DNA from: Mariprofundus sp.
GTDB taxonomy: Bacteria > Pseudomonadota > Zetaproteobacteria > Mariprofundales > Mariprofundaceae
Assembly (NCBI GenBank): GCA_030951045.1
Contig: JAUZQJ010000012.1
Span: forward strand, 1,417-65,416
Length of the DNA stretch: 64,000 nt
Direction: 5' to 3'
Positions 19,078-30,143 of the stretch are shown piece by piece. The translations under genes and the position numbers were made by a program. Positions within the stretch are counted from its first letter, which is position 1. Every line of letters starts with the position of its first letter. The notes under the pieces were generated by a model, which saw only the letters and a program-made list of their open reading frames with translations, ran no database searches and had not been told where the DNA came from.

Positions 19078-21849
19078 ATGCCTCATTTAGTATTGATAGA
19101 TGGACCCAATTACGTATTCCGCGCCTTTCACGCTGTGCGCCACAACCTTAGCAATTCTAAGGGAGAGCCGACTAATGCGGTGTTTGGTTATGTGCAGATG
19201 TTACGCAGTATTATGAAAGACCTGAGCCCCACCCATGTGGCGGTCGTATTTGACCCTAAGGGAGGTACGTTTCGTAATCGCCTCTACCCTGAATACAAAG
19301 CACACCGACCACCCATGCCTGAAGAGCTGGCGGCGCAGTGGTCGTCTGTGTTTGATGTGACTGATGGATTTAATTTGAATCGGATTTGTATCGAGGATTA
19401 TGAGGCCGATGATGTGATCGCAACGCTGGCCAAACAGGCTGAGGCAAAGGGTTGGGATGTGACCATGGTCTCTACCGATAAAGATTTGATGCAATTGGTG
19501 AATGATCGTATCTGGATGCTCGATACGATGCGTAAAAAAGATTATGGCCCGGAAGAGGTGAAAGAGAAATGGGGTGTTGGTCCCGATCGTATCCATGATC
19601 TGCTGGCACTGGCAGGGGATTCTGCCGACAATATTCCCGGCGTACCCGGCATAGGGCCAAAAACGGCTGTGCAACTGCTTGAAGCCTATGGTGATCTGGA
19701 AGGTGTTTTGAGTCATGCGCCTGAAATCAAGCAAAATAAACGCCGTGAAAATTTGATTGAATTTGCCGATAACGCCCGTCTTTCGTATCAATTGGTGGCG
19801 CTCGATGAGCAGGTTGATGTGGGTGTTGAGCTGGATGATTTGGCCGTAAGTTTGCCCAACCGTCCACGCTTGGCTGAATTGTTTGAGCGTTTGGAATTTC
19901 GTCGCCTGTTGGCTGAATTCACCGATGCTGATGATGTCGGTGCTGTGGCTGAGAAGACTAGCCGTGTTGTCGCTCCTGTGCCTGCGGATGAAGAAAACCA
20001 TGACGTTGTGCATGAACCACTGCCAGCACGCACTGATATACTGGTCAATGATGATGCGTCATTTCAAAGACTGTTAGAGGCGCTGAAAACAGCTGAACTG
20101 ATTGCCGTGGATACAGAAACGACCTCATTGAATACCCATGATGCTGATATTGTGGGGCTCTCTTTTTCGGTGAAGCCGGGTGAAGGTTATTATGTGCCGG
20201 TTGCACATCGGGCGATGGATCTGCTTGAGCCTGCACCAAAACAACTAGCTCGGGCTGATGTGTTGGCGGCCCTGAAACCGGTGTTAGAAGATGAGAGCAG
20301 AGCCAAATGCGGTCACAATCTGAAATATGATGCGCAGGTATTGCGTCGTGTCGGTATTGAGCTGGCCGGCATTTCTGCTGACTCCATGTTATTGGCGTAT
20401 TGCCTCTATCCGGCCAAATATGCACCGAAGATGGATAGCGTGGCGGAAGATTATCTGGGTTATCACTGTATCCCTTTCGAAGCGGTGGCGGGTAAGGGTG
20501 CAAAACAGATCTGTTTTGATCAGGTGAATATCACCGAGGCACTGCCTTATGCCTCGGAAGATGCCGAAATTGCCTTGCGTTTGACTAAGCTGTTGCGCGA
20601 CAAATTAACCGATGAGCGTCGTTTGGATCGTCATGATACTATTGAACTGCCGTTGGCATTGGTGCTGGCTGATATGGAATGGAAAGGTGCGCATGTTGAT
20701 ATTGCACTGCTGAGCAAGCTGTCGGTCTCTTTTGGTCAGCGCATTGCTGCGTTGGAGACGCAGGTTCATGCTGCTGCGGGTCAGGCATTTAATATCCAAT
20801 CACCAAAACAGTTGGGTGTGTTGTTGTTTGAAACGCTGGGAATCGAAGGTGGTAAAAAAACCAAATCTGGTCAGTGGGCGACAGGCCAGGAGGTGTTGGA
20901 AAAGTTCGCCGATGAACATGACGTGCCGCGTTTGATTTTGCAGGTGCGTCAATTGGCCAAGTTAAAATCAACCTATACCGATGCATTGCAAAAGTTGGTA
21001 CATATCAAGACAGGCCGCGTGCACACTTCTTATAATCAGGCCATTACGACTACAGGGCGTCTATCTTCCTCCGAGCCCAATTTGCAGAATATTCCGATAC
21101 GCAGCATAGAAGGGCGTGAAATTCGTAAAGCCTTTATTGCTGAGCCGGGTCATGTGTTGATTGCCGCCGATTACTCGCAGATTGAACTGCGCCTGATGGC
21201 ACATTTCTCCGATGATGATGTGTTGAGAAAGGCTTTCGCTGATGGTAAAGATATTCATGCAGCCACAGCTGCTGCGGTAAATGATATTGATCTGGCTGAT
21301 GTGACCGGCGAGCAGCGTCGAAGCGCAAAAATCATTAATTTTGGTATTCTCTACGGTATGAGCGCGTTTGGTTTAGCCAAGCAGTTAGGCGTTGGACGCA
21401 ATGAAGCAAAAGCATTTATTGAAGCATATTTTGCGCGTTACCCCACCGTGCGTGCATTTATGGATGAGACGATGGAGAAGGCCAAAGAGCGTGGTTATGT
21501 TGAAACATTATTGGGCCACCGTGTGTATGTGCCGGAGATCAATAGCAGTAACGGTATGCGCCGCTCTTATGCTGAGCGTACAGCGATTAATGCACCGCTG
21601 CAGGGGTCAGCAGCCGACATTATCAAAATTGCCATGATTCACCTGCATAAGCGACTGCAGGATGAAGCACCTGCATCAGCGATTATTTTACAGGTGCATG
21701 ATGAATTGATTGTTGAAGCACCGGAATCTGATGCGGAAAGGGTGTCTATGATTATGCGCGAAGCGATGGAATCGGCGGTTCAACTAAGTGTGCCGTTGAC
21801 TGTGGATATCGGAATGGGAGATAACTGGTTTGAAGCACATGAGCTGTAG
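19078..21849 (+). CDS. polA: DNA polymerase I
   Basis: 5' nuclease (LIDG, EADD, GDSADNIPGV), 3'-5' exonuclease (DTET, NLKYD, YASED) and polymerase motifs (DYSQIELR, K.INFG.LYG, QVHDE). Confidence 0.98.
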   Translation: MPHLVLIDGPNYVFRAFHAVRHNLSNSKGEPTNAVFGYVQMLRSIMKDLSPTHVAVVFDPKGGTFRNRLYPEYKAHRPPMPEELAAQWSSVFDVTDGFNLNRICIEDYEADDVIATLAKQAEAKGWDVTMVSTDKDLMQLVNDRIWMLDTMRKKDYGPEEVKEKWGVGPDRIHDLLALAGDSADNIPGVPGIGPKTAVQLLEAYGDLEGVLSHAPEIKQNKRRENLIEFADNARLSYQLVALDEQVDVGVELDDLAVSLPNRPRLAELFERLEFRRLLAEFTDADDVGAVAEKTSRVVAPVPADEENHDVVHEPLPARTDILVNDDASFQRLLEALKTAELIAVDTETTSLNTHDADIVGLSFSVKPGEGYYVPVAHRAMDLLEPAPKQLARADVLAALKPVLEDESRAKCGHNLKYDAQVLRRVGIELAGISADSMLLAYCLYPAKYAPKMDSVAEDYLGYHCIPFEAVAGKGAKQICFDQVNITEALPYASEDAEIALRLTKLLRDKLTDERRLDRHDTIELPLALVLADMEWKGAHVDIALLSKLSVSFGQRIAALETQVHAAAGQAFNIQSPKQLGVLLFETLGIEGGKKTKSGQWATGQEVLEKFADEHDVPRLILQVRQLAKLKSTYTDALQKLVHIKTGRVHTSYNQAITTTGRLSSSEPNLQNIPIRSIEGREIRKAFIAEPGHVLIAADYSQIELRLMAHFSDDDVLRKAFADGKDIHAATAAAVNDIDLADVTGEQRRSAKIINFGILYGMSAFGLAKQLGVGRNEAKAFIEAYFARYPTVRAFMDETMEKAKERGYVETLLGHRVYVPEINSSNGMRRSYAERTAINAPLQGSAADIIKIAMIHLHKRLQDEAPASAIILQVHDELIVEAPESDAERVSMIMREAMESAVQLSVPLTVDIGMGDNWFEAHEL

Positions 21850-21900
21850 TAGGAGTATTTTCCTTTCACTTTACAGCAGTAAAACTGCTAAGCTAAGCAT

Positions 21901-22593
21901 ATGAAAAAGATGAAGGTATTGTTGGCGACGCTTGGTTGTGCATTTTTTGTAACGACAGCCTCGGCATATGCGGCTCCTGCAACAGAGATTTATTTTGCAC
22001 GGCATGGTGAAACTGTGGGTAATGTAACCCATCACCATACGCATGAAAATGATCGTACATTTTCAGAAAAAGGGCTAAAGCAGGTGGCTGATTTAACGCA
22101 GAAGCTCGATGCGTTACGTTTTGATTATATTATCGTCAGTCCCAAATATCGCACTCTAAACACCATTTTTCCTTATTTGAAAAAACACAATTTGAAGGCT
22201 GAGGTATGGCCGGAATTAGAGGAGTGTTGCTGGCAGACGAAAACAAGCCGTTTATCATCATTCAATTTACAGCGGGGAGACACTATTCGTCTTGAGGCGA
22301 AGATGGGGCGCTATTTCATGTTTCCTGATGATCAGGCCCAGCGGAGATTTGCGGCAAAAAATTATGGTGATGGTTTGTTGCAGATGTTTAAGGCCGTACA
22401 GCTTATCCGAAAACGTTTTGCAGGCACTGGAAAGCGCATCCTGATTGTTTCGCATTATCATATTGGTTCGCGCCTGATGGAAACATTGCAGAAGCTGGAG
22501 CCGGATGGGCGCTATAAGCTATCCAATGGAAAAATATCCCACCTGATTGAAAAGGACGATGGTAGTTATCATCTGCTTGATATAAACCAGTGA
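21901..22593 (+). CDS. secreted histidine phosphatase family protein
   Basis: Signal peptide, RHGET, SP..R, ELEE and LIVSH motifs. Confidence 0.85.
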   Translation: MKKMKVLLATLGCAFFVTTASAYAAPATEIYFARHGETVGNVTHHHTHENDRTFSEKGLKQVADLTQKLDALRFDYIIVSPKYRTLNTIFPYLKKHNLKAEVWPELEECCWQTKTSRLSSFNLQRGDTIRLEAKMGRYFMFPDDQAQRRFAAKNYGDGLLQMFKAVQLIRKRFAGTGKRILIVSHYHIGSRLMETLQKLEPDGRYKLSNGKISHLIEKDDGSYHLLDINQ

Positions 22594-23384
22594 ATCGCGC
22601 TATCGGTAACATACTTCTATCTGTAATTGCCAGTTTGGGGATACTGACTGTGAGTAGCATCAATGCTGTTGCTGCGGTTGATGCTCAGGAGTGTTTGCAA
22701 TCATATTATATGAAATCCTATGCCAGGGCATTGCCTCTGTGTCAGGCGGCAGCTCAGGCAGAGAATGAACAGGCGCAATTTGTGTTGGGCATGATGTATG
22801 CAAAAGGCAACGGCGTGCAAAGAGATTTCCAAAATGCTAGCCGCTGGCTTAAAGCCGCATCACAGCAAGGTCATCTGGCCGCCCGTTATAAACTACAACG
22901 TTTAGAAAACAGCCTCTCTGAGCAGGCTAGAAAGAAACAGATATCATCATTGTGGAAAGATCATAAGCCGATATCAGCACAACAAAAGAACAGAGAAAAA
23001 ACCGCAAAAATAACAATAGAAAAAGCCCCGTTAACAGCGCCGGCTGAAGCTAAGAAACAGCCACTGCAGATTGAAACATTTGCTGAGCCGATGGCGCTTC
23101 AGCCAGTAAAGCAGTATGCCCCGTTGTATCCAGCGAAACGTCCCGCTGTATTGAGCCGTGCGCAGCCAACAGACATTGAGCCGGTAGCGCTTGAACCGGC
23201 AGAGATTCAAATTATTGAATCAAAAGCTCCACCCATACAAGCTCAAGAGAAGCCTGCACATGTTGGTGTTACAGAGGATTTCTCAAAATCTTGGCCGCAG
23301 TATGAAGGTTTGAACAGATCAGAAACGGCTGAAATTGGTGAGACAATGGCAAGCGATATGGCCGAAGAACAGGGTGAATACTAA
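22590..23384 (+). CDS. Sel1/TPR repeat exported protein
   Basis: AQFVLGMMYAKGNGVQRD...A..W...A.QGH Sel1 repeat plus a Pro/Ala/Glu-rich tail. Confidence 0.8.
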   Translation: MNRAIGNILLSVIASLGILTVSSINAVAAVDAQECLQSYYMKSYARALPLCQAAAQAENEQAQFVLGMMYAKGNGVQRDFQNASRWLKAASQQGHLAARYKLQRLENSLSEQARKKQISSLWKDHKPISAQQKNREKTAKITIEKAPLTAPAEAKKQPLQIETFAEPMALQPVKQYAPLYPAKRPAVLSRAQPTDIEPVALEPAEIQIIESKAPPIQAQEKPAHVGVTEDFSKSWPQYEGLNRSETAEIGETMASDMAEEQGEY

Positions 23385-23397
23385 TTAGGGTCTGCTC

Positions 23398-23428
23398 AGA
23401 AACGTTGAATAAATCAGCGATTCATTAG
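23398..23428. repeat. short imperfect palindrome, IS5-end-like family copy 2
   Basis: AGAAACGTTGAATAAATCAGCGATTCATTAG between convergent genes. Confidence 0.55.
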
Positions 23429-23460
23429 GAAGGGTGCCTCCTGACAGGGAGTAGAGCGAT

Positions 23461-24162
23461 TTACGTTTTATCGGGCGGGGCCGGTTGGTGTTCAGATGGC
23501 TTGTCTACTGTCGTTTCTAATGGAGGCGCAGGAGAGGGGGTGGTAGCAGGGTCTTCTTTGGCACCGAAAAAGCCGCGAATTTTTCTGAAGACTGTTTTAA
23601 GTGCGCGCCATAATTTAGGCAATAACCAAATCATCAGGACAATGAACACGAACATCAATGCAAGAAACAAGGTCGGGTGATTCAAGGCGGTCCACAAACC
23701 GCCAATCACAGCAACATCTTCAGTGACAGATGCCGTCCAGTTACTGAACGGTTCCGGCGACGTGTTGATCAGCGCGCGGGAACCGGCTTTGGTGGCATGT
23801 GTGGCGGCGGCTAAACCGCCTCCCATAATGCCTGCGGCCAGATTAAGAGCAGGGGTAATATCACCGACAGCACCGGCTGCTAACATGGCACCGGCAGGAA
23901 TACGGATGAATGTGTGAATGGAGTCCCAGCCGGTATCTACGCCAGGGATTTTGTCTGCGAAAAATTCAACCGCATACATCACTCCGGCAGCCATCAGCAC
24001 CATCGGGTCGGTGAGTATTTCCAAGCCTGGAGGCAAATCGATGTTGCCCGTTGTGCCCATCAGGCCGAGCATCAGAATAGCGGCATAGAGATTGATGCCG
24101 CTAGCCCATGCAGCTCCCATCGTTAGGGCGAGTATGCCGGCAATTTGATCGAGTTGTTCCAT
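23461..24162 (-). CDS. DUF4126 family membrane protein
   Basis: WASGINLYA, EFFADKIPGVD..WD, H.TKAG.RA.IN.SPEP.SN..S..ED motifs. Confidence 0.88.
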   Translation of the reverse strand: MEQLDQIAGILALTMGAAWASGINLYAAILMLGLMGTTGNIDLPPGLEILTDPMVLMAAGVMYAVEFFADKIPGVDTGWDSIHTFIRIPAGAMLAAGAVGDITPALNLAAGIMGGGLAAATHATKAGSRALINTSPEPFSNWTASVTEDVAVIGGLWTALNHPTLFLALMFVFIVLMIWLLPKLWRALKTVFRKIRGFFGAKEDPATTPSPAPPLETTVDKPSEHQPAPPDKT

Positions 24163-24327
24163 GAGGCGACTCCTGTTGAGTGATCAATTCAGATAGCTCA
24201 TTTGCCAATGATGTGATCAGCTTACTGCTGAATAGTTGCCGGATCAAATAGATGAGGCAAGCGTAAAGGCTTCATCAGCGGGGAATGGTTACGCCAAGAG
24301 TAACATCCTGATCAGATCAACCTGAGA

Positions 24328-25968
24328 TTAATATGAGATCAATGACGGGTCCAGATCATCCGGGACATCATAGCCCATGATTTCAAAAAGTGTTGCGGCC
24401 AGATGTGACAGTCCATGTGTGATATTACCTTTCCTAAGCTGGTAGGAAGCATCGTAGGCAGAGTCAAAGAGAATACAGGGAACCGGATTCGTGGAGTGTT
24501 TGGTACATGCTTCGGAGTCACCGTTTGCTTTAAACACCAACATCTCTTCGGCATTGCCATGGTCGGCGGTGATAAGCGCGCAGCCGCCTGCTTTTTGCAG
24601 GGCGGTAACAATGCGTCCAACAGACGTATCTACGGTTTCAATCGCTTGTATGGCAGGCCCCATTTTTCCGCAATGCCCCACCATATCGGCATTGGCAAAG
24701 TTGATCAGTCCAAAACCATATTCGCCGCTTTCTATCAGTTGCACGGCTTTGTCGGCAATGTCTGCAGCTTTCATTTGTGGTGCATCAGCAAAGGATACGT
24801 TTTTATCCGAAGCGATCAGGATATAATCTTCCATGGAGGCATCCAGTGGTTTACGGTAGCCACCATTAAAAAAGAAAGTTACATGCGGATATTTTTGTGT
24901 TTCGGTCAGGCGAAACTGTTTAATACCAAGCGCAAGGATACGTTTACCAAACGGGTTATCTACTTTGGTAGGGCCCATAATTTGCAAACTGGGAAGATCT
25001 CTATCTTCATCATAAACCATCATGCCTGCGTAAGTGATGTTAGGTCGTATGCCGCGATCAAAGCCATCAAAATCATCCACTTCAAACGCTTCGGTGATTT
25101 CAATGGCACGGTCACCTCTAAAATTCATCATGATGACAGCATCGCCATCACTAATTGAACCGATAGCTTTATCCTCTTCATCAACGATGACAAATCCTGG
25201 CATGTCCTGATCGATCAGATCCGGTTGCTCGGATCTGAACTGTTCAATCGCAGCCTGCATTGATGTGAAACGGAACTCAGCTTTACCATGTACCATTAAA
25301 TTCCAGCCCGCTTCGACTTTAGGCCAGTTGTTATCACGATCCATGATCAAGCGTTCACGGCCGGCACCAGAGGCAAAAGCGAAATCAAAACCATCGTGTT
25401 GATTGATCGTTGTGAATTGATCTTCCAGTACAGAGACGAATTGCTCAGCCGATTGAATACCTACATCGCGTCCGTCAAGCAGAGCATGGATGCGCAACTT
25501 TTTTACACCTCGTTTAAAAGCGTGTGCAATCAATGTGGTAAAATGATCGATATGAGAGTGAATGTTTCCATCAGATAGCAGGCCAAGCAGGTGAAGGGTG
25601 CCGTTATTTTCGAGGTTTTTCATGACTTTCTGCAGCGCTTTGGATTCAAAAAAGGAGCCATCTGCAATGGCTTTGTTGATACGGGTTGGGCCCTGGTCCA
25701 GCACCATGCCAGCACCCATGGTCAGGTGTCCTACTTCAGATCCTCCCATATCTTTGTTTGAAGGCAGGCCGACATAAGAGCCATGCGTCATCAAGCGGGT
25801 GTTTGGATAACCTTGCATTAAGCGATCAAATACAGGTGTCTTGGCTTGTGCAATGGCATCTTCCGGGCCACCTGTGCCCATGCCCCATCCATCCATTACA
25901 ATGAGTAATACCGGACGCTTACTCCCATCGGGTTTGCTGAAATGTCTGTTTGCTTTCATTGAATTCAC
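24328..25968 (-). CDS. gpmI: 2,3-bisphosphoglycerate-independent phosphoglycerate mutase
   Basis: MDGWG, MGGSEVGH, DGRD, NFRGDRA, ETQKYPHVTFFFNGG, NADMVGH and TADHGNAE motifs. Confidence 0.96.
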   Translation of the reverse strand: MNSMKANRHFSKPDGSKRPVLLIVMDGWGMGTGGPEDAIAQAKTPVFDRLMQGYPNTRLMTHGSYVGLPSNKDMGGSEVGHLTMGAGMVLDQGPTRINKAIADGSFFESKALQKVMKNLENNGTLHLLGLLSDGNIHSHIDHFTTLIAHAFKRGVKKLRIHALLDGRDVGIQSAEQFVSVLEDQFTTINQHDGFDFAFASGAGRERLIMDRDNNWPKVEAGWNLMVHGKAEFRFTSMQAAIEQFRSEQPDLIDQDMPGFVIVDEEDKAIGSISDGDAVIMMNFRGDRAIEITEAFEVDDFDGFDRGIRPNITYAGMMVYDEDRDLPSLQIMGPTKVDNPFGKRILALGIKQFRLTETQKYPHVTFFFNGGYRKPLDASMEDYILIASDKNVSFADAPQMKAADIADKAVQLIESGEYGFGLINFANADMVGHCGKMGPAIQAIETVDTSVGRIVTALQKAGGCALITADHGNAEEMLVFKANGDSEACTKHSTNPVPCILFDSAYDASYQLRKGNITHGLSHLAATLFEIMGYDVPDDLDPSLISY

Positions 25969-26358
25969 CTGTGCTGATATCTGCTTTTATAAAGTTGGCG
26001 GAACCATAGCATGTCATCAGTCGGGACGCATGTTGTGCAATAGGCAACAATGGCTGCTACTTTTGCAGTTTCAGGTCACTCTCCCTTGATTAGACTGTAT
26101 AATATCTATCGAGCTGGAGAAGCAATTAATCCACTGTTTGTGTGATTTAAACTACGGAATATAGTGAACATCATCTGACAGAAGCACTATCTGATGTGGG
26201 GTATGGTCTGGTTCCTATGAAAACCATCCTCCAATGATTTTCTTGAAGAGAAAGCACACCAAGTATTACGTTTATAAACTATTAATATGTAAGATGCTAA
26301 TTGTTATTAGTAACAGGTTGCTTGCCGACCTGACTTCATAACGTCAGCCTCATTGGCG

Positions 26359-28218
26359 ATGTTTCCAGAAACTGTAACTCCTACTACGACATTTGTTGTT
26401 GCGGTTGTGATTGCCACAACAGCACAGATGCTGGCGAGCCGTTTTCGGTTTCCTCCTATTCTGTTGTGGCTCGTTGCCGGCATGGCTCTGGGGCCATTTG
26501 GCCTGCATGCGCTGCATGTAGAAACCATTGGGCCTGCACTACACACGCTTATTGAGCTTGGCCTGGCAATTATTCTCTTTGAAGGTGGATTAAACCTTAA
26601 TCTCAAGGCTCTGCGCGAAAACGGCTGGGTGGTAGGTAAGCTGGTATTGATAGGGCCATTGTTGACCATGTTAATAGGCGGTGCTGCGGCGCATTACATT
26701 GTAGGCATGCAATGGCAGCTGGCTTTGCTGTTTGGTGCGCTGGTATCGGTGGGTGGCCCTACGGTCATTATGCCAATAGTTCGTCAAATGCGATTGGGTC
26801 GCAATATCAGTCACATATTAACAGCTGAAGCCATGTTGATTGATGTGATCGGGGCTATATTGGCAATTGTGATGCTTCAGGTTGCCATGACACTCAATAT
26901 GTCTGCATCGACTGTGGCTCTGGATATGTTGTATAAAGTGGGTGTTGGCGCAGCTGTTGGGTTAACTGGTGGGCGTTTGTTGGGTTGGTTGCTAGGGACA
27001 CATTGGGCCAAAGATTTCGAAATACGGACGGTTTTAACGCTGAGTTCGGCATGGGGACTGTTTCTTGTCGCAGATTCGATCAGTGAACAGGCTGGTCTGT
27101 TGGCTATGTTAATGATGGGAGCAACGCTGCAACGCATGGAAGTGCATGATATCCAGCGCCTTAAACATTTCAAAGGCAGCCTGTCGATGCTGCTAATATC
27201 CGTGTTGTTTGTGTTATTGGCAGGTCAAATGGATTTGTCGGTAATGTATGAATACTTGTGGCAGGGCTTGTTGTTGTGCGTGATTCTGGCAGTGATTGTA
27301 CGGCCTATGATTGTCTTTTTATCGACCTTAGGTAGTCGTTTGACCATGAATGAGTCTATGTATTTGGCCGGTATGGCACCACGTGGTGTGGTGGCGGCTG
27401 CAATCACCTCTCTGTTTGTACTTATCCTGCAAGAAAAGGGTGATTCTCAAGCTGAGATGCTGCTGGCAATGGTATATATCGTCATTATTGTATCTGTGCT
27501 TGGTTATAGCCTGTTTGCAGCGCGTTTGAAGAAAGCGTTGCAGATTCAAGGTGGCGACGAGCGCTCGGTATTGATTATCGGAGGCGGGCAAATTGGTGCC
27601 GAGCTTGGTAGGGCGCTGGGTGAAGATCGAGAAGTCAGATTTTTGGATTTGAATGCTGAAGTGATTGGTGGTCTAAAACGTTCAGGTTACGATGCCGTGT
27701 GTGGTAATGCGCTTGATCCACTGTATTGGGAAATATGTCATGCTGAAGAGATTGGTTGTGCTTTGGTGATGACGGGTTCATCGGATCACAATCTATTGAT
27801 TGCGCGCTTGGCGAATGAGCAGTTCCATATCCCGGAAATCTATATTGCGCTGCAGGAAGAGGATGAAGTGAAACACGCCAGCATGATTCATCAGTTACAA
27901 GCCCATCGCTTGTTTGCCAAACCGTATAACTATACCTATTGGAACGATCAGGCTTATCGCAAACGTTTGACCTATGAATCGCGTTATATTGAGCCTGATT
28001 CACTGCTGATCGGTATGCGTATGGCCGATTGCCGCATTCAGCATGGCATACAGCCGGTGGCGATCGTTCGAGAAGGGCTGACTCTGGTGCCGCATGATGC
28101 ACTTGTTTTTGAAGCGGGTGATGAAATAAAAATGCTGATGCGGCCTGAGCGTAATAAGGAAAATCAGCCGTTGATTTTACCTCCATCATCACGCCAAATT
28201 GAACCAAAAACAGCCTGA
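26359..28218 (+). CDS. CPA1 cation:proton antiporter with TrkA-N/TrkA-C domains
   Basis: ILFEGGL, GPTVI.P, EA.LID and APRGVVAA motifs, then IIGGGQIG Rossmann and C-terminal TrkA-C. Confidence 0.9.
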   Translation: MFPETVTPTTTFVVAVVIATTAQMLASRFRFPPILLWLVAGMALGPFGLHALHVETIGPALHTLIELGLAIILFEGGLNLNLKALRENGWVVGKLVLIGPLLTMLIGGAAAHYIVGMQWQLALLFGALVSVGGPTVIMPIVRQMRLGRNISHILTAEAMLIDVIGAILAIVMLQVAMTLNMSASTVALDMLYKVGVGAAVGLTGGRLLGWLLGTHWAKDFEIRTVLTLSSAWGLFLVADSISEQAGLLAMLMMGATLQRMEVHDIQRLKHFKGSLSMLLISVLFVLLAGQMDLSVMYEYLWQGLLLCVILAVIVRPMIVFLSTLGSRLTMNESMYLAGMAPRGVVAAAITSLFVLILQEKGDSQAEMLLAMVYIVIIVSVLGYSLFAARLKKALQIQGGDERSVLIIGGGQIGAELGRALGEDREVRFLDLNAEVIGGLKRSGYDAVCGNALDPLYWEICHAEEIGCALVMTGSSDHNLLIARLANEQFHIPEIYIALQEEDEVKHASMIHQLQAHRLFAKPYNYTYWNDQAYRKRLTYESRYIEPDSLLIGMRMADCRIQHGIQPVAIVREGLTLVPHDALVFEAGDEIKMLMRPERNKENQPLILPPSSRQIEPKTA

Positions 28219-29128
28219 TTCATTGCACTATCGCACGCGCTTTGCCCCCAGTCCAACGGGCTTGTTGCATGTTGGCAATGCCTATTCGGCGCTGTTTTGC
28301 GCAGCTTGGGCCAAACAACATAATGCTGAGCTACTCTTGCGTATCGAAGACATTGATCATACCCGCTGTAAACCGACATACACGGATGCGTTGATAGAAG
28401 ATCTGCATTGGCTGGGTTTAGAATGGAGTAAACCTGTTCAATATCAGAGTCAGCATGCCGGGGCCTATATGCAGGCCATAGATCGGCTTAGAGAGATGCA
28501 GGTGGTCTACCCCTGTTTCTGTACCCGTAAAGAGATTCGAGAAGAATTTGCACGTATGGCTTCTGCGCCACATGCAGCAGATGTGCTGGTGGAATATCCG
28601 GGCACATGCAGAAACAGGTCAATACATGAACAAACGCTGCGTATGCAGGATGAACCTTTTGCATGGCGGCTAAATGTAGAGAGAGCATTAAAAGCAGTTG
28701 GTGATGATGTGAGTTGGCTGGATGCGTCAGGCCTGAGGCATGCGCATACGATTGATTACGATATTATTATAGGGCGCAAAGATATTGGCTTTAGTTATCA
28801 TCTTGCGGTTGTGATTGATGATGCAGCGCAAGGCATCACGCATATCATTCGTGGTGATGATTTGAGGGATAGTACCGGCATTCACCGTCTGTTGCAGTGC
28901 TTATTGGAGCTGCCTGAACCAGTGTATATGCATCACGGTCTGTTATGTGATATCGACGGTGAAAGACTGGCCAAACGGCATGGCAGCACAACGCTGCAAG
29001 GGTTGCGTCAGTTGGGCGTAGAGGCACAAAAACTGCGTACGTTTTTAACTGAGCCTGGTCGTCAGCGTTGGCCTTTTTCCGATATCGATAGAGAAAAAAT
29101 ATTAGATGTACTTGGCAAGAGACATTGA
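28199..29128 (+). CDS. gluQ: glutamyl-Q tRNA(Asp) synthetase
   Basis: RFAPSPTG.LHVGN, LRIEDID, YPCFCTR, RGDDL and LAKRHG motifs; no anticodon-binding domain. Confidence 0.92.
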   Translation: MNQKQPDSLHYRTRFAPSPTGLLHVGNAYSALFCAAWAKQHNAELLLRIEDIDHTRCKPTYTDALIEDLHWLGLEWSKPVQYQSQHAGAYMQAIDRLREMQVVYPCFCTRKEIREEFARMASAPHAADVLVEYPGTCRNRSIHEQTLRMQDEPFAWRLNVERALKAVGDDVSWLDASGLRHAHTIDYDIIIGRKDIGFSYHLAVVIDDAAQGITHIIRGDDLRDSTGIHRLLQCLLELPEPVYMHHGLLCDIDGERLAKRHGSTTLQGLRQLGVEAQKLRTFLTEPGRQRWPFSDIDREKILDVLGKRH

Positions 29129-29197
29129 TCTGCCATGATTGGCGCGTTTTTAAAGGCGCATGGCGCAGATCAAGAAAAGCACAAAGGTGAGAATGTA

Positions 29198-30139
29198 GTG
29201 ACTGCAATTTTAGATTTAATCGGTAATACCCCCATGGTGCAGTTGCAAAACATCACCAGTCATTTGCCGGATAATATTCGCATTTTCGCCAAACTTGAGC
29301 GTTGTAATCCGGGCGGTTCGGTGAAAGATCGTCCCGCTTTGTGGATGATCAGAGAAGGCCTTAAAAAAGGTTTGTTGAGTAAAGATAAAACCATTCTTGA
29401 TTCTACATCCGGTAATACAGGCATCGCACTGGCAATGATTGGAGCCACAATGGGTTTTCGGGTATGTCTGGTGATGCCGGGTAATGTATCAGAAGAGCGT
29501 AAACGCATTTGCCGTGCTTTTGGCGCTGATCTGGTGTTTTCCGATCCTCTGGAAGGCTCCGATGGTGCCATTATGGATGCACGTAAAATCTATGAAGCCA
29601 ATCCAGAACTCTATTTTAAACCTGATCAGTACAATAACCCGGCCAATCCTCGTGCCCATGAAGAGTCCACTGGCCCTGAAATATGGCGTGACAGTGATGG
29701 TAAAGTGACACACTTTATCGCCTCGTTAGGCACCTCCGGTACACTGGTAGGTACAGGCCGTTATCTGAAGAAGATGAATGCCGATATTCAAATTGTGGCA
29801 GCCGAACCTGATTCTCCTTTTCATGGTATTGAAGGTCTGAAACATATCGAGTCCAGCATAGTACCGGGCATTTATGACGCGAGCGTACATGATCAAAAGA
29901 TCGGCATTGATACCGATGTGGCTTACCGCTTTACCCAGCGTTTGGCTTCTGAAGAGGGTATTCTTTGTGGTCAGTCCTGTGGCTGCTCTCTGGCGGCTGC
30001 ATTAAAGGTAGCCGAGCAGCTGGCTGCGGAAGGTAAACCCGGTGAAATCGTAGTGATCTTCCCCGATGGTGGCGAAAAATATCTAACCACACCGGTATTT
30101 TCCGGCAATGATTGTGTGACGTACGCCGATGGAATATAA
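29198..30139 (+). CDS. cysM: cysteine synthase (CysM/CysK family)
   Basis: IGNTP, NPGGSVKDR, TSGNTG, QYNNPAN and GTSGT motifs; start refined to GTG 29198. Confidence 0.85.
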   Translation: MTAILDLIGNTPMVQLQNITSHLPDNIRIFAKLERCNPGGSVKDRPALWMIREGLKKGLLSKDKTILDSTSGNTGIALAMIGATMGFRVCLVMPGNVSEERKRICRAFGADLVFSDPLEGSDGAIMDARKIYEANPELYFKPDQYNNPANPRAHEESTGPEIWRDSDGKVTHFIASLGTSGTLVGTGRYLKKMNADIQIVAAEPDSPFHGIEGLKHIESSIVPGIYDASVHDQKIGIDTDVAYRFTQRLASEEGILCGQSCGCSLAAALKVAEQLAAEGKPGEIVVIFPDGGEKYLTTPVFSGNDCVTYADGI

Positions 30140-30143
30140 CTGT

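Noticed and set aside
19201-20013. Long antisense ORFs (e.g. 270 aa opposite polA, 251 aa opposite dapE, 247 aa opposite gpmI)
   Set aside because: Frame-locked shadows of well-conserved genes with no recognisable domains.
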